DNA of 64,000 bases from an uncultured Acidobacteriota bacterium (lineage in GTDB: Bacteria > Acidobacteriota > Polarisedimenticolia > J045). The stretch is from contig CAVPCQ010000015.1 in assembly GCA_963702425.1 (NCBI GenBank), forward strand, positions 32,001 through 96,000, given 5' to 3'. Shown here piece after piece: positions 22,701-32,775 of the stretch. A model generated the notes under the pieces. The model was not told the DNA's origin and did not search any database. It was given only the letters and a program-made list of their open reading frames with translations. A program made the position numbers and the translations under genes. Numbering within the stretch: the stretch's first letter is position 1; every line of letters starts with the position of its first letter.

Positions 22701-22888
22701 AGCTCGGAAACTACCGCCAGTACCAGGCCACGCTCGACGGACGGTGGAAGGACTACCACGGCTCGGTCGGAGCCGGGTTCACCGTGCCCGTCCTCGGCCT
22801 GCCGATGACGTGGGCCTTCAGCCGGGTCTACAAAGGCGACGGCTTCGATCCCCTCAGCGGATCGTTCTACATCATCATCAACTGGTAG
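19715..22888 (+). CDS. Omp85/BamA-TamA superfamily protein with N-terminal HExxH metallopeptidase-like domain and TolB/PD40 propeller
   Basis: Signal peptide ..AWA-QFGRNKV; KHELTHIFE..PLWLMEGLA; repeated SPAYSPDGKWIAF / NPSWSPDGK; C-terminal IGGINEIRGY..ANLELRFP barrel motifs. Confidence 0.88.
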   Translation: MRRYPILAVGLLTAGLAALAVAPPAWAQFGRNKVTYGDFKWTIYASPHFDVYYYFDDDRLLQQLVSEAESAYLQVSGTLDHELRIRIPLILYRNHADFEQTNITLAELPEGVGAFAEPIQNRMVVPIDEPSDKRFALLKHELTHIFEFDILYGGSLRRALRGNAPLWLMEGLASYVGDDEDSFDQMVIRDAVVNNIVPPIAALNVLTFLTYRYGNAVFSYIEDKYGAEGVRTFLFEFRKQLVGGNVEKAFKDAFGLDLDQFDREFARWLRQRYLPILTSKRAPAEYGPEIGVTKPGRYTFSPSLSPSGELIAALSTPGLELDAVVLSAKDGKQIRNLTKGFTTRFEDIIAGAFEAKRDITWAPDGDRVAFFVRRENDRPLMIFDVTNGRVVDRIKFAPITNENSPAYSPDGKWIAFSGNRDGVWDIFLYNLETKELVNATQDEYYDLNPSWSPDGKSVLYNRRIGEFPKIFMVEVGAPERKTQLTAGAASDVQPAWSRDGRTIYFSSDRGLYGVYNLHRLDLASGGIERLTDLVGGAFGPIELLPDPDRIPQLAYAAFDGGTFRVYRMKLAGAAMEEAIKVGRTEPQTSPHAPSRRKLRTGALPPASSAPPRPQSSLRPLRWDSGAMPASFDWQAAPTPPETPPPPPLPANEEPPGDLLRQDEGDTDLEPFSPPLDLTLDPDKKKKYRAKWDIEMPDLFVGVTNSGDFLTNFVFNFSDLLGDQRASFTASSVTSYTNFDLTYFNLGGRWDWGARLFDYRDFYVASTGAQTEVINQRQRYSAISGFAQYPFNRYLRFETTAGYAERRYDQPFFDPFTGQTEFVTSASNFPYLSVGLVYDSVRYQYFGPYQGKQVSLTVTGVTFTGGDDQGEDVIQYSLDTRFYQGITQRSLLALRLIGVFQTGNAGAIYAIGGINEIRGYEYNQFFGDNYILANLELRFPLLDSMRLPFGLNLAPVRGFLFIDFGTTWFGDQDYLVIDEETGLPTGLARGKATYSNKLGNYRQYQATLDGRWKDYHGSVGAGFTVPVLGLPMTWAFSRVYKGDGFDPLSGSFYIIINW

Positions 22889-22892
22889 CGGC

Positions 22893-25190
22893 GTGGCCGG
22901 GCTCCTGCTCTTCCTGCTCGGTGCCGCCGCCGGGCTCGCCCTCGCTCAATCGCTCCGGCCCGGTTCCCTGTCGCTGCGGCTGCTGTTCGGTGCGGCGTGG
23001 GGGCTTGCCCTCGTCGTCGGCGCGATGATCGCGGCGGGTGCGCTCGGCCTGCTTCGGCCGCTGCCGGTCGCAGCCGCCGTGATCGCCGGCGCCGGCGCAG
23101 CCGCAGGGGCAGCCGTGCTGATCGCGTCGCGCGCCGGCCGGCCGGCCGCCCGACGGGTCGCGGCCGGGATCGGTCACGACCTGCGCGCCGCGCTCCGCAC
23201 CGCCGCGCTGCTGCGCCACCCCGAGCTGGCAGCGCTGGCGAGCCTGGCAGCCGCGGCGTGGGTTTGGGCGATCTCTGCCGCGTACTGGCTGCCGCCCCGC
23301 AGCGTGGACGACCTCTCGTATCACCTGACGCCGGTCTTCGAGGCCGCCGCGCGCGGCCGCTTCGCGCTGCTCCCGCTCGACATGCACCCGTGGTACGCCT
23401 ACCCGCTCAACGCCGACCTGCTGGCGCTCTGGCCGGCACTCCTCTCCGGGTCGATCCGCTGGTGCGACGGCGCGCAGCTCGTGACCGGGCCGCTGGCCGT
23501 GCTCGCTGCCTTCGCGATCGCCCGGCTGGCGGGAGCGTCGGCCCGGGCCGCTGCCGCACCGGCGCTGGCGCTGATGCTGACCCCGGTCTTCGCCCGCCAG
23601 GCGGCCTCGGCCTACACGGACGTCACGCTCGCGGCGTTCTTCGGGATCGCCGCCGCCGGGGCGCTGGCGGCCGCTTCGGGCGGCGGCGTGGGCGCGCTCC
23701 TGCTCTTCGGCCTCGGCGCGGGCCTGCTTGCCGGAACCAAGTACCACGTCCTGTTCGCGATCGCGCTGCTCCTGCCCCTGGTCGCGGCGGCCGCGCGGGA
23801 CGCCGCCGGTGCCGGCGGGCGGGTGCGTGCGCTGCTCGCAGCCGGTGTGCCGGCGGTGCTCCTCGGTGCGTACTTCTACGCCCGCAACCTCGCCGCACTC
23901 GGAAACCCGTTCTACCCCTACTCCGCAGGGCTCGGGCCGTGGACGCTCTTCCCCGGGGTGCTCCCGGCCGCCAGCGGGCTCGCCGGGAGCGCGCCCTTCG
24001 CAGCCGTAGCCGTCACGCACCCGGGCCGCTTCGCCGCGCTGTTCTTCGGCGACGTCGGTGCCGGCGGCCCGGACGGCGGGCTCGGACCGCTGGTCTGGGG
24101 CGCGACGATTCCGCTCGGGCTGGCGGCCCTCGTCACCGGGGTCCGCGCCAGCCTGGCCGGACGGGCGCTGGCCCCGCTGGCGTTCCCGCTTGCGTTCCTC
24201 GCCGGGCTCGTGCCGTACCTTGCCGTCCACGATTTCACCTACGCGGTGACGACGCGATTCCTCCTGATGGCGGCAGTCGCCGGAGCCGTATTCCTCGCGC
24301 GAGGGCTCGATCGCCTGGCGCAAGCTCCCGCGGCCGCCGGAGCCGCCCGGGCCGGCCTCGTTGCGGTGTCGGCGCTCTCGCTGCTCCCGCTCGGCGGACA
24401 GGAGACACGCCTCGAGAACAAGCAGCGGATGCGCGTCGGCGCCGTGGCCGCGCAGGCGCGCGCCTACGCCTCGCCATGGCGCGCCGTGGTCGACGCGGAC
24501 TACGGCGTGGGACGCACCGCGCTGGCCTGGGACCTGCTCGACCTGCTGTCGGTGCCGCCGGACAAGCCACCGATCCCGCTCTGGGTCTACGTCACCGGCC
24601 GCTACCCGGCGCCGGCCTACGGCTCACGCCTCGCCAGCCGGGTCTGGAACAGCGGCGACCCTTCGCGGCCGGCCGCCCCCGACGCCTTCCTGTACTACCT
24701 GACGCCGGAACGCCGCGCGGACCAGATCGAGTACAGCGGCGGCCGCGACTTTCCGCTCGAGGCGGTGGCACGGGACCCCGAGCGGCATGAGCTGGTGTTC
24801 GCCACGCCCTATGTGCTGGTCTATTTCGACCGCGCGCGGCTCGCTCCCGGGCGCGAAGAGCGCGTGCGCCTGGCCGAGTACTACGAGACGGCGCTGGGCT
24901 CCTGGGTGGCCGCGGCGCGGACGCTCGACGGCCGGCCGGAGCACGGGGTCATCCTCGCCGCCGGCGTGATCGGCTTTGGCCTGAAGGCACTCGAACTCCG
25001 CGGCGAGCTGCACGCGCGCGTCGTACCCGTGCGGGAGGAGGACCTGAACGAGCTGGCCGCTCACTTCGCCGCGAGCGGCCCGGTCCACGTGCTCGCCGAG
25101 CCGGGGACGCTGAACTACCCCGTGGTCGGCCGGTTGAAGGATGGCGAGCGCGTGCTGCTGCTCCACCTCGTGGCGGAGGGCGCGCCTTGA
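22893..25190 (+). CDS. Polytopic membrane protein, GT-C/ArnT-like glycosyltransferase candidate
   Basis: Many TM segments; DDLSYHL loop, YP, YTDV, GTKY, YARN..GNPFYP motifs; soluble C-terminal domain. Confidence 0.65.
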   Translation: MAGLLLFLLGAAAGLALAQSLRPGSLSLRLLFGAAWGLALVVGAMIAAGALGLLRPLPVAAAVIAGAGAAAGAAVLIASRAGRPAARRVAAGIGHDLRAALRTAALLRHPELAALASLAAAAWVWAISAAYWLPPRSVDDLSYHLTPVFEAAARGRFALLPLDMHPWYAYPLNADLLALWPALLSGSIRWCDGAQLVTGPLAVLAAFAIARLAGASARAAAAPALALMLTPVFARQAASAYTDVTLAAFFGIAAAGALAAASGGGVGALLLFGLGAGLLAGTKYHVLFAIALLLPLVAAAARDAAGAGGRVRALLAAGVPAVLLGAYFYARNLAALGNPFYPYSAGLGPWTLFPGVLPAASGLAGSAPFAAVAVTHPGRFAALFFGDVGAGGPDGGLGPLVWGATIPLGLAALVTGVRASLAGRALAPLAFPLAFLAGLVPYLAVHDFTYAVTTRFLLMAAVAGAVFLARGLDRLAQAPAAAGAARAGLVAVSALSLLPLGGQETRLENKQRMRVGAVAAQARAYASPWRAVVDADYGVGRTALAWDLLDLLSVPPDKPPIPLWVYVTGRYPAPAYGSRLASRVWNSGDPSRPAAPDAFLYYLTPERRADQIEYSGGRDFPLEAVARDPERHELVFATPYVLVYFDRARLAPGREERVRLAEYYETALGSWVAAARTLDGRPEHGVILAAGVIGFGLKALELRGELHARVVPVREEDLNELAAHFAASGPVHVLAEPGTLNYPVVGRLKDGERVLLLHLVAEGAP

Positions 25191-25822
25191 GCCGCTCTTG
25201 CTCCGGGCCGGCGCGAGCCGCGTCCCCGCCGGAAACGGCCGCCCCGGCCTCGTCCGGGGCCCGGATCGGAGCGGCCCTGGGCCTCGCTGCCGGGTTCGCG
25301 GTCTTCGCGATCGCGCTTCCCCTCGGGGAGACCTCCTACCACTTCCCCGGCCCCGGGAGCTATCCGCTCTTCGAGGCCGCGGCGGTGCGGGCCGCGCTGA
25401 CCTGGATTCTCGGTGCCGCGCTGGGCCTGGCGGTCGGGACGGTGGCCGGGGCGGCGGCGGCGCAGGCGCAGGCGACGGGACGCGGCGAGCGCGCCGCGAC
25501 GGCCGCGCTCGGCGTCTACGTGCTCGCGCTGCGCGGAGCCTGGGGGTACGCGGGCCCGCTCCCCGCCGATCCCGCGCGCGCGGCCGCCGCGCTGCCCTCG
25601 CTCTCCGTCATCCTCCCGATCACGGCCGCGGCGGCGACGATCGGGCTGCTCTGGTGGCTTGCCGGCCGGCGTCGTCCCACCGGTGCGGCGACCCCGTGGA
25701 TCGCGACGCACGCCGTCTGCTCGCTCACCGCCGCGATCCTGGCGGCGCAGTCGGCCTACTACCTGTCCCGCGCGGGGGCGTTCTGCTCCGGACTGCTCGA
25801 GGTGCTGACCGCCCCGTTCTGA
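25187..25822 (+). CDS. Hypothetical membrane protein
   Basis: 211 aa, about 5 hydrophobic segments, 4-nt overlap with the upstream gene. Confidence 0.6.
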   Translation: MSRSCSGPARAASPPETAAPASSGARIGAALGLAAGFAVFAIALPLGETSYHFPGPGSYPLFEAAAVRAALTWILGAALGLAVGTVAGAAAAQAQATGRGERAATAALGVYVLALRGAWGYAGPLPADPARAAAALPSLSVILPITAAAATIGLLWWLAGRRRPTGAATPWIATHAVCSLTAAILAAQSAYYLSRAGAFCSGLLEVLTAPF

Positions 25823-25847
25823 AGCGGCAGGAGCGCAGCCGCGGGCG

Positions 25848-26747
25848 TCAGGCCCACGCTCTCCGCCCGGCCGCCAGCGCCGCCGCCGCCGCGCCGGCGA
25901 GCCCGCCGAAGAGCACCAGCGCGAGCGACTCCCCCGTCGACAGCCCGTGGGCGAAGAGCGTGTCGGAAAGCCCGGCGAGGGGGCTCGCGGCCGACGTCCC
26001 GTACGCGACCTGGCGCGTGATCGAGGCCGCGAAGGCCCCGACCAGCGCGCCCGCCACGCCGAGCATCGCCCCGCCGACGAGCACGGGTCCGGTGACCAGC
26101 GCGTTCGGCGCGCCGACGATCCGCAGGAGCGCCACCTCGTCCCGCTTGTCGTCGAGGGCCAGGCGCACGACGCTCCCGACCGTCACCAGCGCCGCCAGGA
26201 GCAGTACTGCGGCGCCCACCAGCGCGAAGCGCGACAGCGCGCCGCCGAGCCGCGACAGGGCCACGAGCCAGTCGCGGTCGTAGCGCACCGACTCGGTCAC
26301 CGGGCTCGACCTCGCCGCCTCCACGATCTTACCGACCAGCGCCGGGTCGGCCCCTTCCGGCTGCACCCGCAGCGAGCCGGGGAACGGGTTGCCGCCGAGC
26401 AGGTCGCGCACGTCGCCGAGATCCGGGTAGAGCGCGCGGAACTCCGCGAGGGCCCGCTCGGGGGTGACGCGCTCGACGCGCCGCACGCCGCCCGCGGCTT
26501 TGACGCGCTCGGCGAGCGCCTCGACCGCCTGCCGCCTCCGCGCCATCGCGGACGTAGATCTCGACGACCGCCTGCTCGGCCAGCCGCTCGTAGGTCCCGC
26601 GGATCCCGTGGTTGAGCGACCAGAACGCCGCGACGAGGAAGATCGCGACCGCCATCGCCAGCACCGAGAGCAGGCCCGCCAGCGGCCGCCGCGCGATGTC
26701 GGCGGCGGCGACGCGCACGACCTCGGCCGCCGTCCGGGCTCCGGTCG

Positions 26748-26751
<4 letters not shown>
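25848..26751 (-). CDS. ftsX: Cell division ABC permease FtsX (1-nt frameshift near 26529)
   Basis: N-part MTTGART..LSVLAMAVAIFL..VVEIYVRD; C-part VTPERALAEF..NPFPGSLRV..DEVALLRIVGA; follows ftsE with ATGA overlap. Confidence 0.85.
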
Positions 26752-27412
<661 letters not shown>

Positions 27413-27416
<4 letters not shown>

Positions 27417-28417
27417 GCGGGGTTCACCGGGGGAGGCAGGGGGGGAAGCTCGTCATCGTAGTCTACCGTCTCCTGCCGCTCCCGTTCGTCCCACTCCGCC
27501 AGCCGCCGCCGCCGCCGCGCGCGCCCGATCACGACCGCGACGAGCGCCAGGACGCCCAGCAGGCCGTTGAAGGAGAGCGCGGCCCAGAAGGCGGGACGAA
27601 CCAGGTAGCGCCAGCGGGCTTCGCGGTACCAGAGCGAGGCGAGGACCTCCGGGTCGAGGCCGTAGGCGATCGTGAAGGCGCGGTCGAACGGTTCGCCCGC
27701 GCGAAGCCGCGTGACGAGCCGTCGTGCGCCGCCCGGCGGGGCGGTCCGCTCGGCCATCGTGACCATCGAGAGCGCCTGGGCATAGGCCGCGCGCGCGTCG
27801 GCCTCGCCGACCGGCCAGTCGTCCTCCAGCGCGAGCAACGGCAGCGGCCGGCTCCAGGCCAGGGACCACGCCAGCTCCAGCGCGTCCTCGAGCGACGTCG
27901 CGCGCTCCGAGGACAGCGCCAGCCCCTCGTGGTACCAGCGGGGGATCCGCACGCCCCGCGGCACGCTGGCCTCCAGCAGAACGTGCGTGACCTCATGCGC
28001 CAGGAGCCCGTTCGTGTCGCGATGAGGGTAGGCCGCGGCCTGGCGCACGAAGAGCACGATCCTCCCGCTCGACGCCTCGGCGATCCCGGCCGCCCACGGC
28101 GGGACGCCGCTGAGGCCGAGGCGCTGCTCGTCGGCTGCGGAGCGCGGCGGGTCGCCGGTGACGACGATCAGCATCTCCGGCGGCGGCGGCAGGTCGAGCC
28201 GCGCGGCGACCTGCGCCACGACCGCCGGCGCGGCGCGCGCGATCTGCCGGGAGACGGCTTCCCACGCCGGCGCGGCGGCAACGACGCGCACCGCCGGGAC
28301 GGGGTGGTCCTCGGGGACGCCGAGCGCACCCTCGGGAGGGGTGGCCGGCGCGAGCGGGGCGACCAGCAGGGCCAGCGCGGCGAGCGCCGCCCGCAGCGGG
28401 AACGCCGAGGCCGTCAC
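27413..28417 (-). CDS. Peptidase MA-like (HExxH) exported protein with C-terminal membrane anchor
   Basis: Signal peptide; PPWAAG; LAHEVTH..IPRWYHEG; AYAQA; C-terminal TM followed by RRRRR. Confidence 0.8.
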
Positions 28418-28424
28418 GAAGCTC

Positions 28425-29858
28425 TCACCCGAGCAGGCGCGCGAGCGTGTCGTTGACCAGGCCGGGATGGGCCTGCCCCGCCGTGCGCTTCATCACCTCG
28501 CCGACGAAGAAGCCGAGCAGGCCACGCTTGCCGGCGCGGTACCCCGCCGCCTCCCTCGGGTGGGCGTCGATCACCTCCCGGCAGAGCGCTGCGATCACCC
28601 CGGCGTCGCTGAGCTGGGACAGGCCGCATGCCCGGACGACCGCCTCGGGGTCGCCCTCCCCGGCGGCCACCCGGGCGAGGACCTCCTTCGCGGTCTTCCC
28701 GGAGATCGTGCCGCGGCCGATGAGGCGGATCAGCTGCGCCAGCGCCGCCGCCGAGACGGGGCTGGCCTCCAGCGGGAGCCCCCGCTCGTTCAGCAGGCCG
28801 AGCAGCTCGGTCAGGACCCAGTTCCCGGCCGCGCGCGGGTCCTCCGCGCGGCGCGCCACCTCCTCGAAGAAATCGGCCACCCTCGGCTCGATCGTCAGCC
28901 GGTGGGCGTCGGCCTCGGACAGGCCCAGCGCGGTTACGAAGCGGTCGCGTCGCGCATGCGGCAGCTCGGGCAGCGCCTCGAGCGCGTCGGCCATGAGCGC
29001 GTCGTCGAGCGCGAGCGCCGGGAGGTCCGGCTCCGGGAAGTAGCGGTAGTCGTGAGCCTCTTCCTTGGTGCGCATCGGGCGGGTGCGGCCCATGGCGTCG
29101 TCCCACAGCCTCGTCTCGAACACGACCGCCGTTCCCGCCGCGATCGCCTCGCCCTGCCGCTCGATCTCGTGGTGCAGCGCGCGCCGAACGTTGCGGAACG
29201 AGTTCAGGTTCTTGATCTCGACCCGCGCCCCCCATGGCTCCCCCTCGCGGTGGACCGAGACGTTCACGTCGCAGCGCAGGTCGCCCTCTTCCATCTCGGC
29301 ATTCGACACACCGGTCGTGCGCAGGATCGACTTCAAACGCTCGAGGTAGAGGACCGCCTCGTCCGGCGACGCGAGTTCGGGCGCGCCGACGATCTCCACC
29401 AGCGGCACCCCGCAGCGGTTGAGGTCGATCCCGGAGACGCCCTCGCCGAGACCCTCGTGCACCGATTTCCCGGCGTCCTCCTCGAGGTGGACGCGCTCGA
29501 TCCCGATCCAGCGCGGCGCGGCGCCGGGCGGCTCGATGCGGATCCGGCCCCCGGTCGCGAGCGGCCGATCGAACTGGCTGATCTGGTACCCCTTCGGCAG
29601 GTCGGGGTAGAAGTAGTTCTTGCGCGCCCAGACCGAGACGGTGTGGATCTCGGCGCCCAGCGCCCACGCGAGCCGGGCCGCCAGGCGGACCGCCTCGCGG
29701 TTGGCCGTCGGCAGCGCGCCGGGGAGGCCGAGGCAGACCGGGCAGACGCGGCTGTTGGGCGCGCCGCCCGACTCCGCGAGGCAGCCGCAGAACAGCTTGG
29801 TCCGGGTCTCGAGCTGGGCGTGGACCTCGAGCCCGATGACGGCGCGAACCGGCTCCAC
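28425..29858 (-). CDS. gatB: Asp-tRNA(Asn)/Glu-tRNA(Gln) amidotransferase subunit B
   Basis: VIGLEVHAQL, RKNYFYPDLPKGYQISQ, HLEEDAGK, VEIKNLNSF, DYRYFPEPDL. Confidence 0.98.
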   Translation of the reverse strand: MEPVRAVIGLEVHAQLETRTKLFCGCLAESGGAPNSRVCPVCLGLPGALPTANREAVRLAARLAWALGAEIHTVSVWARKNYFYPDLPKGYQISQFDRPLATGGRIRIEPPGAAPRWIGIERVHLEEDAGKSVHEGLGEGVSGIDLNRCGVPLVEIVGAPELASPDEAVLYLERLKSILRTTGVSNAEMEEGDLRCDVNVSVHREGEPWGARVEIKNLNSFRNVRRALHHEIERQGEAIAAGTAVVFETRLWDDAMGRTRPMRTKEEAHDYRYFPEPDLPALALDDALMADALEALPELPHARRDRFVTALGLSEADAHRLTIEPRVADFFEEVARRAEDPRAAGNWVLTELLGLLNERGLPLEASPVSAAALAQLIRLIGRGTISGKTAKEVLARVAAGEGDPEAVVRACGLSQLSDAGVIAALCREVIDAHPREAAGYRAGKRGLLGFFVGEVMKRTAGQAHPGLVNDTLARLLG

Positions 29859-30015
29859 GAACGGGCCTCCGGCGGCGGCGAACGGCGCGGGGCAGCCGCC
29901 TCGAAGGATCGTAGCATTGTGGTTGCGGCGCGTCCCGGCGGGTGGCTAAATGCGGCTCCGGCGGGCTCCCCGTGCCGCCGTCCACGACGGGCGTAACCCG
30001 TACCGAGGTGACCCG

Positions 30016-32649
30016 ATGAAGCGCGCCCTGCTCCTCGTCGCCCTGCTGGCCCTGGCGTTCCCCGCCCTGGCCGCCGATAGCCCCTCCCTTTCCCTGCTCC
30101 CCTGGGACGACACGGCTGCCCGCGACGTGCGCGGCGGCGTGCGCAGCGCGCTGGGGAAAGAGAAGACTGAACTCGAGAAACAGAAGAACGCCAAGGGCAA
30201 GACCTTCGTTCGCGTGTTCACGAGCGAGGGAATCGAGTTCATCGACGGCAAGCCCGCGTCCTACGTCACCGTCCAGCGCTGCCTCGACGACAAGATGGTG
30301 ACCGAGAAGTGGCTCTACACGTTCAACAAACAGGGTGCGGATTTCGTGGTCGCCGACCGGAAGAAGGTCTCCGAGATCGACGACTCGTTCCCCGTGAAGA
30401 TCGAGACCGCCGACGCCGCGCGCCCGGCGACCGCGTTCGCCTTCGACCACGACCTGCTCAAGCTCACCGGCGACGCCGGCGGAAGCTACACGATCGTGCG
30501 CATCGGCGACAAGCCGACCTCGATCCTGTGGGCCGGCAAGGGGCGGATGACGCTCGCCCCGGTGAACGACCTCGAGCGGCTCTATTTCGAGCGGCAGATC
30601 GACACCGCGTCGATCGACACCGAGATCGAAGCGGTGCAGTTCGATTTCCAGCCGAGCGATCCGAAATTCCTCGCGCTCGTCGGATTCAAACCCGAGGACC
30701 TCAAGGGCGGCAAGGGCGTGGAAGGGCCGCAGCGCGCCGCGCTACAGGACATGATCGCCAAGCTCAAGGCCACGGAGCAGGAGGAGTACTCGCCCTACAC
30801 CTACAGCTCGATGCCGCGGCCCGAGTACGCGGGCACCTATTCGTTGCGCATCAAGACGAAGAATCACGGCTGGCTGAACTACAACTACGCCTCCCAGCCG
30901 CAGGTCCCCCAGTTCCAGGTCTACGTCGTGAAGGAGGGCGGCTCCCTCTCGGTGTCGCGCGACACCCGCGGCGGGAACGAGAAGCTGATCACCGCCTATC
31001 CCGGGGCCGAGCTGCGCGCGATGCCTCCGGTGCAGATGGAACACATCCGCGGCCTGCGCGAGGCGGCGCCGCTGCGGTACGACGCGATGTTCGACCTGGC
31101 GCCGGACAAGTTCTCGGCCCAGGTCGAGGTCGACCTGCAGCTGCTGATGAGCACGAAGGACCTGTACTTCTACCTGCTCGGCAATCCCAGCGTGCGGTCG
31201 GTTCGGCTCGAAGGGACGGGCGAACTGATGTTCGTCCCCTCGCTGTCGTGGGCCTCCAAGCGCTTCGGCTTCGAGGAGACGGCGAACACCTACCGCGTGG
31301 TCCTGCCGGAAGAGATGCCGGCCGGCACGATCCTGCGGCTGAACGTCGCGTTCGACAGCCCGAAGCTGGTCCGGATGATCAGCGACGGCTTCTGGTACGT
31401 CGAGCGGGCCGCCTTCCTGCCGTTCATGGGCACGCTGGACGACGCCGCCGCGGTCCGGTTCGTCGTGCGCACCAAGGACCCCTACACCCACATTTCGATC
31501 GGGAGCAAGCAGAGCGAGGAAGTCGTCGGCGGGTACCGCTACACCGAGTGGGGTTCCGACCGGATGATGAACTTCCCGACCATCATCGTCGGCAAGTACT
31601 ACAAGCCGATCGTCCAGGAGGCCGACGGGGTCCGGATCACGGGCTATCAGACCAGTACCGGCATGGGCGACGGCTCGATGGACCAGGACGCGATGCGGCC
31701 GCAGGTTATCCAGGCGGCCGACAGCATGCGCCTGTACACGAAGCTCTACGGCCTCCCCTACCCCTTCAAGGACCTCAAGCTGGTCGGGACCCCGGCCCAG
31801 TTCATGTCGGCTCAATCGCCGACCTCGATCATCTACGTCGGCGCTGGTGTGATGATGAAGGAGGCCGAGCTGATGACCTGGGGCCGCGAGATGTTCGGCC
31901 CCAACTTCGATCCGATGTGGGTGCGCGCGGTCACGGCCCACGAGAACGCCCACCAGTGGTGGGGCGGCCGCGTTTCGTCGATCAACTTCGGTAGCTACTG
32001 GTTCGTCGAAACCTTCTCCGAGATCTCCGCCCACTGGTACCTCGAAGCGATCAAGGACGATGCGGGCGTCCGCTCCTCGCTCAACTACTGGCGGTCGAGC
32101 GGCATGGCGCGCGACCGGCTGGGCCCGGTCGCCCAGCCCCTTCGCGCCCCGATGCTCTACTACACGAAGGGGCCGTTCATCGTGAACATGCTCCGGCACT
32201 ACTACTCGCCGGACAAGCTGCTGAGCTTCCTCCGCACCACGATGCAGACCTACGACGGAGACCTGATCGCCACGGCGGACCTGCGGTTGGTCGCCAACAA
32301 GGTCTTCGGCGAGAACATGGACTGGTGGTTCGACCAGTACGTCGAGGGGGTCGGGATCCCGGAGGTCGCCTACAAGTTCAACGACGCGACGCCGGCCGAG
32401 GACGGCAAGGGCTGGATCATCACGGGGCGGCTCGAGCAGGTCGTCAAGTGGGACGGGAAGGCGATCGACGGCAAGTTCTTCACGAAGCTCCTGGTCCCGA
32501 TGACGGTCGACACCGCCAACGGTCCCGTCCAGGTCAAGGAGTACCTCGATGCGGCGTCGAAGGACCTCCGGATCCGCGTCGAGGCGAAGCCCAAGGGTGC
32601 GCCGAAGATCCAGGACGAGCTGGTCTGGATGACGACGCGGGCCCTCTAG
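30016..32649 (+). CDS. Secreted M1-family (gluzincin) metallopeptidase with long N-terminal extension
   Basis: Signal peptide; HENAH-x18-E (HENAHQWWG..WFVE); YYTKG. Confidence 0.88.
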   Translation: MKRALLLVALLALAFPALAADSPSLSLLPWDDTAARDVRGGVRSALGKEKTELEKQKNAKGKTFVRVFTSEGIEFIDGKPASYVTVQRCLDDKMVTEKWLYTFNKQGADFVVADRKKVSEIDDSFPVKIETADAARPATAFAFDHDLLKLTGDAGGSYTIVRIGDKPTSILWAGKGRMTLAPVNDLERLYFERQIDTASIDTEIEAVQFDFQPSDPKFLALVGFKPEDLKGGKGVEGPQRAALQDMIAKLKATEQEEYSPYTYSSMPRPEYAGTYSLRIKTKNHGWLNYNYASQPQVPQFQVYVVKEGGSLSVSRDTRGGNEKLITAYPGAELRAMPPVQMEHIRGLREAAPLRYDAMFDLAPDKFSAQVEVDLQLLMSTKDLYFYLLGNPSVRSVRLEGTGELMFVPSLSWASKRFGFEETANTYRVVLPEEMPAGTILRLNVAFDSPKLVRMISDGFWYVERAAFLPFMGTLDDAAAVRFVVRTKDPYTHISIGSKQSEEVVGGYRYTEWGSDRMMNFPTIIVGKYYKPIVQEADGVRITGYQTSTGMGDGSMDQDAMRPQVIQAADSMRLYTKLYGLPYPFKDLKLVGTPAQFMSAQSPTSIIYVGAGVMMKEAELMTWGREMFGPNFDPMWVRAVTAHENAHQWWGGRVSSINFGSYWFVETFSEISAHWYLEAIKDDAGVRSSLNYWRSSGMARDRLGPVAQPLRAPMLYYTKGPFIVNMLRHYYSPDKLLSFLRTTMQTYDGDLIATADLRLVANKVFGENMDWWFDQYVEGVGIPEVAYKFNDATPAEDGKGWIITGRLEQVVKWDGKAIDGKFFTKLLVPMTVDTANGPVQVKEYLDAASKDLRIRVEAKPKGAPKIQDELVWMTTRAL

Positions 32650-32667
32650 CACACGGATCGCGGCACG

Positions 32668-32705
32668 AGCCCGCGGCGACCCCCGTCGCCGCGGGCTTTT
32701 CTCTT
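32668..32705 (+). terminator. Rho-independent terminator
   Basis: AGCCCGCGGCGAC-CCCC-GTCGCCGCGGGCT followed by TTTCTCTT. Confidence 0.85.
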
Positions 32706-32721
32706 GTCACAGGACTGTCAC
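32704..32721 (+). promoter_or_regulatory. Pho box upstream of phoB
   Basis: TTGTCAC-AGGA-CTGTCAC (11-bp period); TACAAT at 32764-32769. Confidence 0.7.
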
Positions 32722-32775
32722 CGGCAACGAGGCTCCCGGTTTTTCATCCCCGCGTGGAATCCGTACAATGACCAG

